Positions 37,101 to 50,394 of a stretch of DNA of 64,000 nucleotides are shown in pieces (within the stretch, counting starts at the first letter, position 1; every line of letters starts with the position of its first letter). The notes below the pieces were generated by a model. The model was not told the origin of the DNA, did not search any database, and worked only from the letters and a program-made list of their open reading frames with translations. The position numbers and the translations under genes were made by a program. The DNA is from Octopus bimaculoides (Eukaryota): contig NC_068982.1 in the NCBI RefSeq assembly GCF_001194135.2, forward strand, positions 137,763,067 to 137,827,066. The letters are read 5' to 3'.

Positions 37101-37770
37101 TGGTTTTCTTTCAGACCTCTCCATTATCAACTTCTCTATAAATTGTGGCCTTGATCCAGTGAGTCACGAACCCTAGTTCATGTTTATAGCTAGTGTGTTT
37201 TATAATATGCGATGTGTATCTGACAATATTATATTTTGCATTTTGTGTAGCTGAGATTATTCTGGTATCATATTTGTATTTCATTGGTCCTGCTGCACCC
37301 AATATTACCAGTATTGTTTGATAGTCCAATCCCTGCTGTCTACATTTTGATACATTATAAATATTAAATAGCCAGAAAAGGAGAGGCATTACACATGCCC
37401 TTTTAGGAATTAATCATGTGATGTTATCAGGTGATCATCAGTATTTGGAGCAAATGGTGTGACTGTTGGCGATCTATGTTGATTCTTTTGGCTCTGATAC
37501 ACTTTTGCCAACACAAACACTTCTCCTTCCATTTGTTTACCAGAAATTTTCCCAAAAGTAATTTTCAATTAATCCTTAATTTCTTCTCCACCTTCATCTT
37601 TTATTTCAACCTCTGATATTTTTACTAACATCTTTAAAAACAGAGAACAATGTCTTATACTTTTCGTGTTTCTTAACAATGGTTATTTCTCTACAGATAT
37701 AGTTTCTTTATTATATTTATGTTACTGTTAATGTTGTTGCAATTAGTTCTTGTTTTTGTGTCTTTTGCAG

Positions 37771-37976
37771 GTATCTTTCTGGGCATTGATTTAGTCAGCC
37801 TAGAAAATATCAAGCATGATCATGCTAATAACAGTCGAGAACAGAGCTTTCAGATGCTAACAACATGGTTTAGAGGCTCCGATTGTAAGACAGATAGAGT
37901 TGAAATACTCAGAGAAGCTATTGAAAATGCTGAGTGTTACTATGCACTTGAACATCTACCAAAAGACATAAAGTAA
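37771..37976 (+). CDS. Adhesion GPCR exon J (rest of Death domain, stop): (G)IFLGIDLVSLENIKHDHANNSREQSFQMLTTWFRGSDCKTDRVEILREAIENAECYYALEHLPKDIK*
   Basis: Acceptor tgtcttttgcag|, phase 1; 'LG.....E.I......EQ..QML..W.......L..A' Death-domain pattern; TAA at 37974-37976 and AATAAA at 38123. AA|gtaaat at the end could instead be a donor. Confidence 0.87.
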
Positions 37977-40264
37977 ATTTCTGTGTAAATGCAGATGTTG
38001 TTTAGCCCCAGGCCAACCTTGGCTAGACAGAAACCTATGATCTAATGCATTCCAGCCAGAATCGATTTTCACAGATCATTGCTCATTTTTCTATAAAAAA
38101 ACTTTATGAATGTATATTTCAAAATAAATCCATAGATTTAAAATTTAATAACCATGTTGGAAAATTCTGTAACATAAAAATGATGACACAAGGCATTGGG
38201 ACAATATATTACTTACTTTTTCCTTCTTTTTTGTTTTGAGTAGGCAGTACTGTTTGTCTAATGCAATGAAAGAAAAGTTTTTCATGTNNNNNNNNNNNNN
38301 NNNNNNNNNNNNNNNNNNNNNNNNNNNNNNNNNNNNNNNNNNNNNNNNNNNNNNNNNNNNNNNNNNNNNNNNNNNNNNNNNNNNNNNCAAATTCTGCCGA
38401 GGTCGACTTTACCTTTCATCCTTTCAGGGTCAATAAAGTAAGTACCACTTGCGTACTGGGGTCAATCTAATCAACTGCCCCGCTCCCCCAAAATTTCAGG
38501 TCTTGTGCCGAGAATAGAAAAGAATATCTACCTTCATTCATATTTTTGTTAAAAATTGCATTATGAATTCAGAAAGTAAAAATCTCTTCCTGACAAAAAT
38601 TTTTCTTTTGAAGAAATTTTTACTTTCTAAATTCATAATGCAATTTTTGTTATTGTAAAACATGAATGAAGGTAGATATTGTAACACGTGTAGGTGTTAT
38701 GAAATTGATTGCTATGTGTTTGTGTTTATGAATTTGTGTTTCAAGATAACTGATGTGAAATTGTCTGTTGAAACAAATAATGTTATATTTCAGGCAGGTG
38801 ATTTTTTTTTTGTCAAATAAACACTCACACTACATACTCGTTCTTCACTCATTTATCATTTTTCTTATTTTAACTAATATCCATTGTCTGCAAATCTTTT
38901 TATCACACATCTGTGACCTATTCAATGACCCTTTCTGTCATGGAAAGGGTCACTGAAGAGATCGCAGATGTGTGACTAAAGATTTGTAGACAATGGACAT
39001 CAGTTATAATAACAACAGTGATAAATGAGTGAAAATGAATATATAGAGCATGATTTTATTTGGCAAAAAAAATGACCATCCTGAACTATAACAATCATCA
39101 TCATCATTTAACGTCCACCTTTCATGCTATCATGGGTTGGACGATTTGACTGGGGACTGGTGAACCAGATGGCTACACCAGGCTCCAATCTGATCTGGCA
39201 GAGTTTCTATAGCTGGATGCCCTTCCTAACGCCAACTACTCTGAGAGTGTAGTGGGTGCCTTTACGTGCCACCGGCACGAGGGCCTGTCAGGCTGTACTG
39301 GCAACGGCCATGCTCAAATTGGTGTATTTTACGGACCACCTGCACAGGAGCCAGTCCAGTGACACTGGCAACGACCTCGCATGAATGGAAGCCAGACAGC
39401 TGCTCTGGCAATGATCACGTTCGGATGGTGCTCTTAGTGCTCCACTGGCACAGGTGCCAGTCATCGAATTTGGTTCAATCATGATTTCGATTTCACTTGT
39501 CCCAACAGGTCTTCACAAGCCGAGTTTAATGTCCAATGAAGGAGAGGTTTGCATAGGTGCCAGTTGTCGAATTTGGATCGATTTCATTTGCCTCAACAGG
39601 TCTTCGCCTGTTTATAATTTTCACCTTTAAAAGTATTTTAATATGCTGGCCAGTTTGATGAAATTTTTTGGAAAAAAAAATATTTATACTCTGTGCAGGC
39701 TGTTCCGTTGATCGGATCAACTGGAAGCCTCGACGTCGTAAGCGACGGAGTGCCAACAACAACATATATATATATACATACTGTGCAGGTAGCACGTAAA
39801 ATACACCATTTTGAGCGTGGCCGTTGCCAGTACCGCCTGACTGGCCCTCGTGTCAGTGGCACGTAAAAGCACCCACTACACTCTCAGAGTGGTTGGCATT
39901 AGGAAGGGCATCCAGCTGTAGAAACTCTGCCAAATCAGATTGGAGCGTGGTGTAGCCATCTGATTTCACCAGTCCTCAGTCAAATCGTCCAACCCATGCT
40001 AGCATGGAAAGCGGACGTTAAACGATGATGACGATGATGATGATGATGATATATATCTATATATTTATATATATACACACATATACATATACAATGGGCG
40101 TCCTTCAGTTTCTGAAATTACCAAATCCACTCACAAAGCTTTGGCCTGCCCAAGGCTATTAGAAGACACTTTCCCAAGATGCTACGCAGTGGGACTGAAC
40201 CTGGAACCATGTTGTTAGAAAGTAAAGTTCTTACCACACAGCCACTCTTACATATATATATGTA

Positions 40265-40325
<61 letters not shown>

Positions 40326-40371
40326 GTATATATATATATATATAGATATATGTATGTATGTAAATGTGTAT

Positions 40372-40409
<38 letters not shown>

Positions 40410-42341
40410 AGAAAGAGAGAGAAGAGGAAGAGGAGCAGAGAGTTTATTTGCAATATTTGAAACAATAAAATGTTGAAGGAATAAAAGTAGTGGCAGCAAC
40501 CATTACTTTTATCGTCCAAATATTAGCTCTCTTTTGTGTGTTGGTTAATAAATCACAGAGTCAAATTTAATTAAATCTCACCTAATTACTACCTTTGCAA
40601 AATGTTCAGGTTATTTCCTAAGTTTTACAATATGCGTGTGTGTGTCTGTGTGTGTGTATGAGAGAGAGAGATAGTGTGTGTGTGTGTGTGTGTGTGAGTG
40701 AGTGAATATGTGTGAGTGTGTGTGTGAGTGTATGTGCGTGTGTGTGAGTGTGAGAGTGTGCGTGTGTGTGAGTGTGAGCGTGAGTGTGTGTGTGAGTGTG
40801 TGTGTGTGAGTGTGTGTGATTGAGTGTGTGTGTGATTGAGTGTGTGTGTGATTGAGTGTGTGTGTTTGGGTAAGTGAGTGTGTGTGTGTTATTTTGTGTG
40901 TGTGTGAGTGAGTGTGTGTGTGTCTGTGTGTGTGTCTGTGTGTCTGTGTGATTGTGTGTCTGTGTTTAGGTAAGGAACAGGAGTCAAGTGAAAATGTTGC
41001 CAGTCCTTGGTCTGCTTTCTTTTGTGTAGTTTTGTCCCTTCTAGTTTTGAGATCAAATCCTGCTAGCACCTATCTAGTGATTTCCAAATAGACGAATTTA
41101 TTCAGTTAGCTATGTCACACATCGAAAATATTCCTTTCAAATCTTGACACAAGGCTGGCAATTGTGGGGGGAGGCGGTGCAAGTTGATTGCATCAAACCC
41201 AGTGCTCAACTGGTACTTATTTTATCAACCCTCAAAGGATGAAAGACAAAGTCAGCCTTGGTGGAATTTGAACTCAGAACATAAAGTTGGACAAATTGTT
41301 ACTAAGCAATTTGTGAGGTACACAAACGATTCTGCCAGCTTGCAGCCATTTTGTCATCCATAATATTGACTCCTTGCTCATTAGAATGAAGTGCATCATC
41401 ATCATCATCATCATCATCATAGTTTAAACGTCTGCTTTCCATGCTGGTATGGGTTGGACGATTTGACTGAGGACTGGTGAACCAGATGGCTGCACTAGGC
41501 TCCAATCTGATTTGGCACAGTTTCTACAGTTGGATGCCCTTCCTAATGCCAACCGAGAGTGTAGTGGGTGCTTTTACGTGCCACCGGCACGAGGGCCAGT
41601 GAGGCGGTACTGGCAACAGCCACGCTCAAAATGGTTTTTTTATGTGCCACCTGCACAGGAGCCAGTCCAGCGGCACTGGTAACGACCTCACTCGAATATT
41701 TTCTAACGTGCCACCGGCACAAGTGCCAGTAAGGCAACGCTGGTAACGATCATGCTCAAATGGTGCTATTTACATGCCACTAGCACGGAAGCCAGACAGC
41801 TGCTCTGGCAATGATCACACTCAGACAGTGCTGTTAGTGCTCCACTGGCACAGGTGCCAGTCATCGAATATGGTTCAATTACGATTTCGATTTCTCTTGC
41901 CCTAACAAGTCCACAAGCAGAGTTTAGCGTCCAATGAAGGAGAGGTTGGCATGGGTGTCAGTTGTCGAATTTGGTTTGATTTCAATTTCACTTGCCTCAA
42001 CAGGTCTTCGCAAGCAGAGATTAGTGTCCAAAGGGCCAAATCATCATTCTTGTCTGGCCCCAGTCAGCCCGGATTAAGCAATCCTATGATTAAAGGCTTC
42101 TCAAAACAGCTTTCACTGCTGGAAAAAATCTTTGTCAAAAATTAGGGATTATGGCAAACTTGGAAAATTCAGCAGACTTCAAAAATGGGAATCATTCCTC
42201 ATAAAGAAATAATATTTTCACACATTGACAACTTAGAACAGAATACTTAATTTCAGATAGTGACTTCGACTATGACACACCCTAGTGTATCAATAATATG
42301 TCAGGAATATTAATAAGTTTATTATAAGGAAAAACATCATA

Positions 42342-42546
42342 TTAGGTTGGTGCATAATTATTGCGGGTTTTTTTCCAATAAATTTTATTCAACAAAGACA
42401 ATTACAACATTTAACAAAAACATCTTTAAATGATTATTCCGAAGCATATTCACCATCTACTTCAATTTCTGTTTGGTGTTTTGTTTAAATTTTTTGTTGA
42501 ATAAAATTTATTGAAAAAAAGCCGTAATAATTATGTACCAACCTAA
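42342..42546. mobile_element. mariner-derived MITE (205 bp)
   Basis: TA|TTAGGTTGGTGCATAATTATTGCGG ... CCGTAATAATTATGTACCAACCTAA|TA; a related partial copy at about 49491-49630. Confidence 0.85.
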
Positions 42547-43582
42547 TATATTGTGACTCTATGCATATGTGGTTGTGATTTCTTTTTCTAGCCAAAAACT
42601 GTGGAGTTAAGTATAAAAAGATTAATAGAAACGATACTTTGAAATGGAAGAGACATTATTCCCATATATATATTGGCACTACAATTATCATGATGTAGGC
42701 TTGAACATTCTGAAACAGTGGCTCTCTACTGGGGTCCGTATGACTCAAGTGGATCCATATAAGATTTTGTTGTTAAAGTTTATCTACCATTAATTTTGTT
42801 GTCTGGGGAGAGTCCTTTCCTTTTTGTGCCTTATTATTTAACACACTCACCGGTAAGATTTCCACTTATTTTTTTTTTTATTTTTCTAAAATTTTCGTTG
42901 CGTCGAACTCAAACTCACATAAAGAATCTTGCAAACCAAATCCAAAAATGAAATACCATAAATTTGTTATACTTCTACAATTCGCAAAATATTTTAACAC
43001 TTTTTATACAATTCCTAATAATATTTAATGGCAAAAATACAATAAGGTTTTTTTAAAGATCGAATGGCTATGAGTAAAACAAAAATGAAATGGGTCCGTA
43101 GATGAAAAATGGCTGAGAACTACTTCTTTGTAACATCAACAGGTGATGACGAAGTGGAGATAACTCACAAGACTTATGAGAAATTGGAAAACGTCGTTAA
43201 AGGGAGACAACAAAAAGAAGGGGGTGACGAGACACGGAAAGTTTATAGGGAACATGAAAGGTTTGAAATGTTCCTGAATAAGGTTTGTTTAAGGATGTTA
43301 AGCAAAACACCCCAAAGAATTCCTCTCAACACATGGCTATAATGCTCCCCAACTACTTCTGCTCATGATCAGAAATGCACATATCATCAGCCACCAAGGG
43401 ACATGCTCAACTGGTTACGGTCAAACAACTGACAAGCAAATCTCTGGTATTAAACAGAATATTTGCTGTAGCCCATCTTTTATACCAAGACAAAACAATG
43501 TACATGATAACACTTCCAATCAATAAAGATGTGAAGCCATGAGAGCCACTGCCTGGTACTGCATCCGGGCATTTATTATTAC

Positions 43583-43613
<31 letters not shown>

Positions 43614-43660
43614 GATAATATAGGACTGCTATGACTCCTCTGGATGGAACATGTAAATAA

Positions 43661-43845
43661 AGAAGAAGAGTTCCAGAATTAAATTTGCGGAACAATATTT
43701 CGGTATCTCGGTACCTTCAACAGGTTCGAAATTTGATATGTCAGTCTACTTTATTTTTTTTATAGATATCAAATTTCGAACCTGTTGAAGGTACGCAAGA
43801 TACCGAAATATTGTTCAGCAAATTTAATTATGGAACTCTTCTTCT
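43661..43845. repeat. Long near-perfect inverted repeat (about 79-bp arms, 26-nt loop)
   Basis: Arms 43661-43739 and 43766-43845 differ at only about 4 positions. Confidence 0.95.
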
Positions 43846-43846
43846 C

Positions 43847-43885
<39 letters not shown>

Positions 43886-44481
43886 CATCATTATTATTAT
43901 TTGTGAGAGGGAGTGGTGGGGATTACGGTTTCCAAATATGCACTGATACCAATTTTCAAAGTAAAGTCTGAACACAGAATGTGGCCTGACCAGCAATGAC
44001 TGACTATTGAATAAAGGACATGATATATGGGACTTGTAGAGAAATGCAAATTTCAAACATTTTTTTGCCAATTATGAAATCAATGTTTCTTCCATCATAT
44101 TCCAGATATTGGTAGGCAGACATAAATAAATTAAAATTCTAATTAGATATCAATAAATTAAAATAAACTGTAATTGCTTCTACGGCTGTTGTATAATTCC
44201 ATGTTTGCATATTAATTCCATTTAATTATGGAGTTGTTTATCTCCAAATTTTTTGGATCTTTTTATCCTTTTCATTTTACTTGTTTCAGTCATTAGACTG
44301 TGGCCAAGCTGGGGCACTGCCTTGAAGAATTTTTAGTCAAATGAATCAACCCCTGTACCTATTTTTTAATTTTTTAAGCTCGGTATCAATCAGTCTCTTT
44401 TGCTGAACCACTAAGCTACAGAGATATAAACAGACTAGCATTGGTTGTCAAGTGGTGGTAGGAGATGAACACACACACAAA

Positions 44482-44529
<48 letters not shown>

Positions 44530-44702
44530 GTAAATAATATATAAATGTAGGAGCAGGAGTGGCTGTGTGGTAAGTAGCTTGCTTACCAACCATATGGTTC
44601 TGGGTTCAGTCCCACTGTTGAGCAAGTGCATTCTACTATAGTCTCAGGCCGACCAAAGCCTTGTGAGTGGATTTGGTAGATGGAAACTGAAAGAAACCCA
44701 TC

Positions 44703-44736
<34 letters not shown>

Positions 44737-45898
44737 GTTTATCTGTGTTTGTATGTGTGTGTATGTATGTTTGTGTGTCTGTGTTTGTCCCCCACACCAC
44801 CATCGCTTGACAACCGATGCTGGTGTGTTTATGTCCCCGTAAATTAGTGGTTCAGCAAGAGAGACCGATAGAATAAGTACTGGGCTTACAAAGAATAAGT
44901 CCTGGAGTCGATTTGTTTGACTAAAGGCGGTGCTCCAGCATGGTCACAGTTAGATGACTAAAACAAAAGAATATATATATAAATGCAGAGGAAATCACCA
45001 GCGGGGCAAAAAATATGAAATACATAAACAACAAGTAAAAAATGGAAAACAGGACAAAAAAAAACACAGAGAAAGGACCCTTCATCAATTGTCGGCTGTC
45101 TATCTATTCCTCATTGTGAGCATTCAGCGACAATATGAGTCTTCAAAGACAGTTGCTCCCATAAATTCTAAAATAAAGTTTAAGATTTTTGTCTGTTACA
45201 TACATTCGTCCTTTAATGGCTAGTGGCTGTGTGGTAAGTAGCTTGCTTACCAACCACATGGTTCTGGGTTCAGTCCCACTTCGTGGCACCTTGGGCAAGT
45301 GTCTTCTACTATAGCCTCGGGCCGACCAAAGCCTTGTGAGTGGATTTGGTAGACGGAAACTGAAAGAAGCCCGTCGTATATATATATATACATATATATA
45401 TATTCAGTCAAATGACTGAAACAAGTAAGAGTAAAAGAGTATATCACCATCACCATCATCATCATTGTCCTTTAATGGCTGTTTCCCATACAAAAATGTA
45501 TACTTATATCATCATCACCATCACTTGTCTATGCTGGCATGGGCTGGACAGTTTGACCAACGCTGGCAATGATGATGATGATGATGACCAGCACTGGCAT
45601 CAGTGGTGGTGGTGGTGGTGGTGGTGGTGATGGTGGTGGTGGTGGTGGTTGTCGTCGTCGTCGTCGTGGCAGTTCATTTTTGTCTTTGAGACTGTCAACT
45701 CAGACATTTGTCTGCCAATATTAAATAAAAAAAAGTGGAAAGGAAAGAAACAATGAAAAAAAGCACAGAGAAATAAATAAATTTCCTTTGTTAACAGAGT
45801 TTGTCATGCGACATAAAGTTGACAACTTCTCTCACCTTATCACTAACAGCTCACACACACACACACAGTGGCACACAAAAGCATGTATTCTTGTGTGC

Positions 45899-45930
<32 letters not shown>

Positions 45931-46101
45931 ATTCATAATATATATATTCATAATTAGTTTTCGATTTCCAATAATTTCCTCTTCAAATGTAACTTTTATG
46001 TGTGTGCATGTGTGTGTGTGTGTCTGCATGTGCACACGTGTGTCTGCGTGTGCACACGTGTGTGTGTATTTGTGTGTACACATATATATACACACCTAAA
46101 C

Positions 46102-46133
<32 letters not shown>

Positions 46134-46167
46134 GTATATACATACATGCATACATACATATATATAC

Positions 46168-46210
<43 letters not shown>

Positions 46211-46308
46211 TCGATGAATACATACATGCATCTAACCTTAAGCGTAATACATACATATATATATAACTCTTTCTGATTTACTTGAAAGCCAGCCACATAT
46301 TCACAACA

Positions 46309-46399
46309 ATGATGGTTTGCTTCAATGCCCACACTTTCCTGTTTATAGTCATCATCGTTGCCCTCCAAAAGAAATGTTCTTGTTATTTTGAAGCATTAG
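46309..46399 (+). CDS. SVWC-like secreted protein exon 1 (signal peptide): MMVCFNAHTFLFIVIIVALQKKCSCYFEAL(G)
   Basis: ATG at 46309; hydrophobic core FLFIVIIVAL; strong donor TTAG|gtaagt in phase 1, matching exon 2. Confidence 0.8.
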
Positions 46400-46680
46400 G
46401 TAAGTCCAAGATTCTTTTAGCTTTTTTCAACCAATTTTCTACAGATTTTCATGAAAGAATAAATGGAAGAATACATCTAGTTCTAATATGATTTCAAATT
46501 TTTGCATTAGGACAACAATTTTAATGTGATGGGTAAACTGATTGTATTGGCCATAGTAGTCATCTGGTGCTTATTTTATCAATCTTGAAATACATATATA
46601 TATAAATACACACATATACATATATACACACACACACACACACACATACACACATATATATATATGTACATACATATATA

Positions 46681-48012
46681 CAGGGTGTGAAGGGTAAATT
46701 GTCGCCAGTTTTTTTTGTTTTTTTTTTCGCACATGCGCTTTGTTTGTTTTTGATTTTGTCGATAGGCTTGGAGTTGGCCTTCCTCTATTTTCTCAAATAG
46801 ATGTTTTCTATTTGATTCAAACAGTCCATTCTGTTCGAAACCTTTGCATCTTGCATCATATCTTTTTAATTTGGCCTTTAATGTTGTCACCTTTTGTGTA
46901 GTTTGTTTTCTCCTTTCTTCTAAACCTGTACTGTCCATTCAATTTTCTGATTACTACCTTATTCTTGAGCACTCATCTCATTATCCTATTCAATCGCCCC
47001 CAGTCCTCTCCATGTCGTTTCTAGCTTCATTCATATTCTCTTCCTCGAATCTGGTTCTTTCTTTTCATTCAATTTTACATCTTCAGTTTTTCACTTGTAA
47101 CCTACCATTAGCTACAACATTAGCAGCAGCTATGATTAGCTGGTTGTTTCATTTGTTGTTTCACTGATGTTTCCTGTCTTAATGAAGCTTAAAACATAAT
47201 TAACTTTGCCTGTGGCTCTCCTCACCTGTTTTCTGTCCATAAATCTTACATTTGGCGGAACTTCATTGTTCCTATCAGTCATTTTACCTTGCAACATTTC
47301 TAAAACCTCCTTCTCATCATTCAAGCCTTGTGCAATATTTACTGTCACTTGTCCATCTAGATCATCTTCATTAATTACTTAATCAGTATTCTCTGGTACT
47401 CTGCGGTTTCCCTCTCTCTCATGTTCCTCATCTCTTACTCCTTCATTATCGCTTTCTGCTTCTGCTGTTTCGCTCTCCTTCTGCTGTTTTATGTTTCTCT
47501 GAATTTCTTCAATCTCTACTTCCGTAATCCAATCATTCCTATTGTCAGACATAGGGTCTTCTAATAACCACCCTCTTGACCTAGGGCAGCACTACCTCCT
47601 CCAGGCACTTGATATAGGCCTCCGTATTGAGTTTGAAGCCATGTTGAGTGTGAAGCCTTGTGGGAAGATGAATGAAGGCATAATGTCGCCATCATTAGTG
47701 ATCACTCCAAACACCATGATGTTGACTGAATGCTTGATTTTTATCACTCTCGGTACATGTCCTCAGATTGGACTGTCCTCAGACTGACACCTAAACACTC
47801 AGAAATGTTCATATTGGAGCTTCCGGCATAAATGCCAAGTGGAGCAGCATGTCATTTCCAAATTTCTGGCAGAGTGAATTGCATCATGGTGCTGTTTTTC
47901 TCACAGACGATGCCCAACTGACCCTACTATACTGTGTAGTGGGCAAAATCAAAAACAGTGTACACACATGAAATAAAAAATATAAAACGGCAACAATTTA
48001 CCAAGGACCCTG
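46681..48012 (-). mobile_element. Tc1/mariner (maT-like) relic carrying a nested R4/Dong-like LINE fragment (about 46720-47540)
   Basis: TA|CAGGGTGTGAAGGGTAAATTGTCGCC ... GGCAACAATTTACCAAGGACCCTG|TA. Minus strand 'KHSVNIMVFGVITNDGDIMPSFIFPQG'; nested 'KVTTLKAKLKRYDARCKGFEQNGLFESNRK'. Confidence 0.65.
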
Positions 48013-48017
48013 TATAT

Positions 48018-48059
<42 letters not shown>

Positions 48060-48195
48060 GTATATATATGTATATGTATATATATTCACAATCAAGGTCA
48101 ATAAATTAAGTACCAGTTGGGTACTGGGGTCGATATAATCGACTTAACCCCTCCCCCAAAATTTCAGACCTTGTATCTATAGTAGGAAGGATATA

Positions 48196-49317
48196 TGTAA
48201 GAACGACCGTGCGAACTCAAAAGGAGAAATGGTGACGAATGGAAAAACAGGACTCCTTTTATTTAAAATGCGTCACACGGTCGAACACAAAATATTATAT
48301 CAAAGATGATATATAAATATGTTATACTACGATAACATAAATGGCCAGTAAAGGAAGACGATAAACACAACCGTATGAGATGAATAACAGAATTATTTAT
48401 TGTGACATTAAAATGTATGTCTGTGTGTAAGTGTGAATGCGACATATAAAAACATAATAAAAGACAGGCCGTCGTATAAAGAAAAGAGTGTGTGTGAGTG
48501 ATACATGTATGTGCATGCGTTATATACAGCAGATAGAAAGAGTCAGTGACACGTGTGAGCATTTATACCAGTTCTTAGAGTACACGATAGGAAGAGTCTG
48601 TATATGAAAGAAGTTGAGGCTGTGTGTGTGGCAGAGCGATCACTAGTTGTGATGTTGTGGCTTCCATGCCGGGCCGGGTTCTTGTTATACAGATGTTCGT
48701 CGCTGGCTGAACTCTTGTCTGTTTATTTATCGTGGTGAAGCTGAAACACCTAACAGAATCGAAGAGAGAGAGATGTGCCGCGATTACTGTTTGGTTAATG
48801 GTGTACGTAGAAATCATGTTGATGATATTGGCGAATCTTGTAGTTCATAGTTAAAGTCGCGTTGACTATGTTGGCGAATGCTGGTGGCGATGATGCTGGT
48901 GGCGATGATGCTGGTTAATAGTCGTAGACTTGTGTTGCTGATGGCGACGTCAGTGGTAGTCGTAGCTGGACGAAGCTGTTGATGTAGTCGCTGGAACTGC
49001 TGCTGCTGTGTGGTACACGGAACAGTCTCTAAGAGAAACTGAACCGAGACCAATTTGCCAGGTATCTAGCAGGCTATTTAAAGCAAAATAGGGGCTCCAA
49101 GAAAGGTTAGAAAAACACTATCACATGACCTTATTAAGGGCTGCGATTGGTCAGTTTGCGTTCTGGCGGGAACGGTATGAAGCAGTTGCCGCTTCAAATA
49201 ATAATCAGTCACGTGATGACAGGGAAAGATGTTTTCCACTTCGCCCGCGCTTGTTTATATTTAACAGCGGGGAAGATGGCTTCTTTGTGTATAATGGCGA
49301 TAGGTAGTTTCACTACA
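48196..49317 (-). mobile_element. Solo-LTR-like element, copy 2 (1122 bp, gap-free)
   Basis: Reverse complement starts TGTAGTGAAACTACC and ends GTTCTTACA; (TA)n flanks; homologous to 13170-14132. Confidence 0.72.
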
Positions 49318-50254
49318 TATATATATATATACATTCGCAATGCATTGGTTGACCCAGGGCTATTGTAGAAGGCACTTACCCAAGGTACCATGCAATGGAA
49401 TTGAACCCAGAACCACATGATTACAATGTGTGCTTCTTAATCTCATAGCCATGCCTACACCAACCACAAGGTATTTTGCTACTCTTATACTATTGGGTTG
49501 GTGCATAATTATTGCGACTTTTTTTCAACAAGACATCTTTAAATGATGGTCTGGCAATCTGCCAAGCAAATGGGAAGCAGTAATTGAAGTAGATGGTGAA
49601 TATGCTCCAGAATAATCATTAAAAGATGTCACTAAGCACAGGATGGATGTGTGGTAAGAAGCTTGCTTCCCAACTGCATGGTTCCAGGTTCAGTCCCACT
49701 GCATGGCACCTTCGGCAAGTGTCTTCTACTATAGCCTCGGGCCAACCAAAGCTTTGTGAGTGGATTTGGTAGACGGAAACTGAAAGGAGCCTGTTAGCCA
49801 CTACACATTCTTTTTTTTTTTCTTTCTGTGTTCCTTTCTGTGGAAGAGCGTAGGCTTGAAACGTTAAAGACTTTTTCACTTCCTGAGCGTTAAACTAATA
49901 CAGCTGTCTTCGTCTTTTGTTCTTTTATGAATTCTGTGTGTGTGTGTGTATGTTTCTGTGTCTGTGTTTGTTCCCCCACCATCGCTTGATGACAGATGTT
50001 GATGTGCTTACATCCCTGTAACTTAGTGGTTTGGCAAAAGAGACCGATAGAATAAGTACTAGGTTTATAAAGAATAAGTCCTTGGATTGATTTGCTCAAC
50101 TGAAGGCAGTGCTCCAGCATGGCCGCAGCCAAATGACTGCAACAAGTAAGAGAATAAAAGCATCAAAGCATTTCACCTGTCACTCTAAGAATTCTTCTAG
50201 CTCTCTGCCTCTTTTACAAAATCTAATATCAACTTTAATTTCTCGTTGTTCTAG

Positions 50255-50363
50255 GTTGTCCTTCAACTGTGCCTGAGGGTCAATTTTGGCAAGAAGCAAA
50301 CTGCCATTACTGCTTATGTATCTTCAACAAAAATGTGAATAAAACCACACGTTTTTGCTCAGA
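50255..50363 (+). CDS. SVWC-like protein exon 2: (G)CPSTVPEGQFWQEANCHYCLCIFNKNVNKTTRFCS(D)
   Basis: Acceptor tctcgttgttctag| and donor GA|gtaaga; 109 nt, phase 1-2; VWC pattern 'C....G..W....C..C.C'. Confidence 0.88.
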
Positions 50364-50394
50364 GTAAGAATACTTTTTGTTTAATGACCACTCT

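Noticed and set aside
42592-42790. Strong acceptor followed by KNCGVKYKKINRNDTLKWKRHYSHIYWH..., possibly a decayed SVWC paralog exon
   Set aside because: The expected cysteines are absent (would need Y/W-to-C reversions); no good donor or flanking exons.
43109-43342. 77-aa ORF MAENYFFVTSTGDDEVEI...
   Set aside because: No recognisable motif or splice context; adjacent to repeat-like sequence.
44163-44215. Cys-rich snippet NCNCFYGCCIIPC
   Set aside because: In-frame stop immediately upstream and no usable acceptor.
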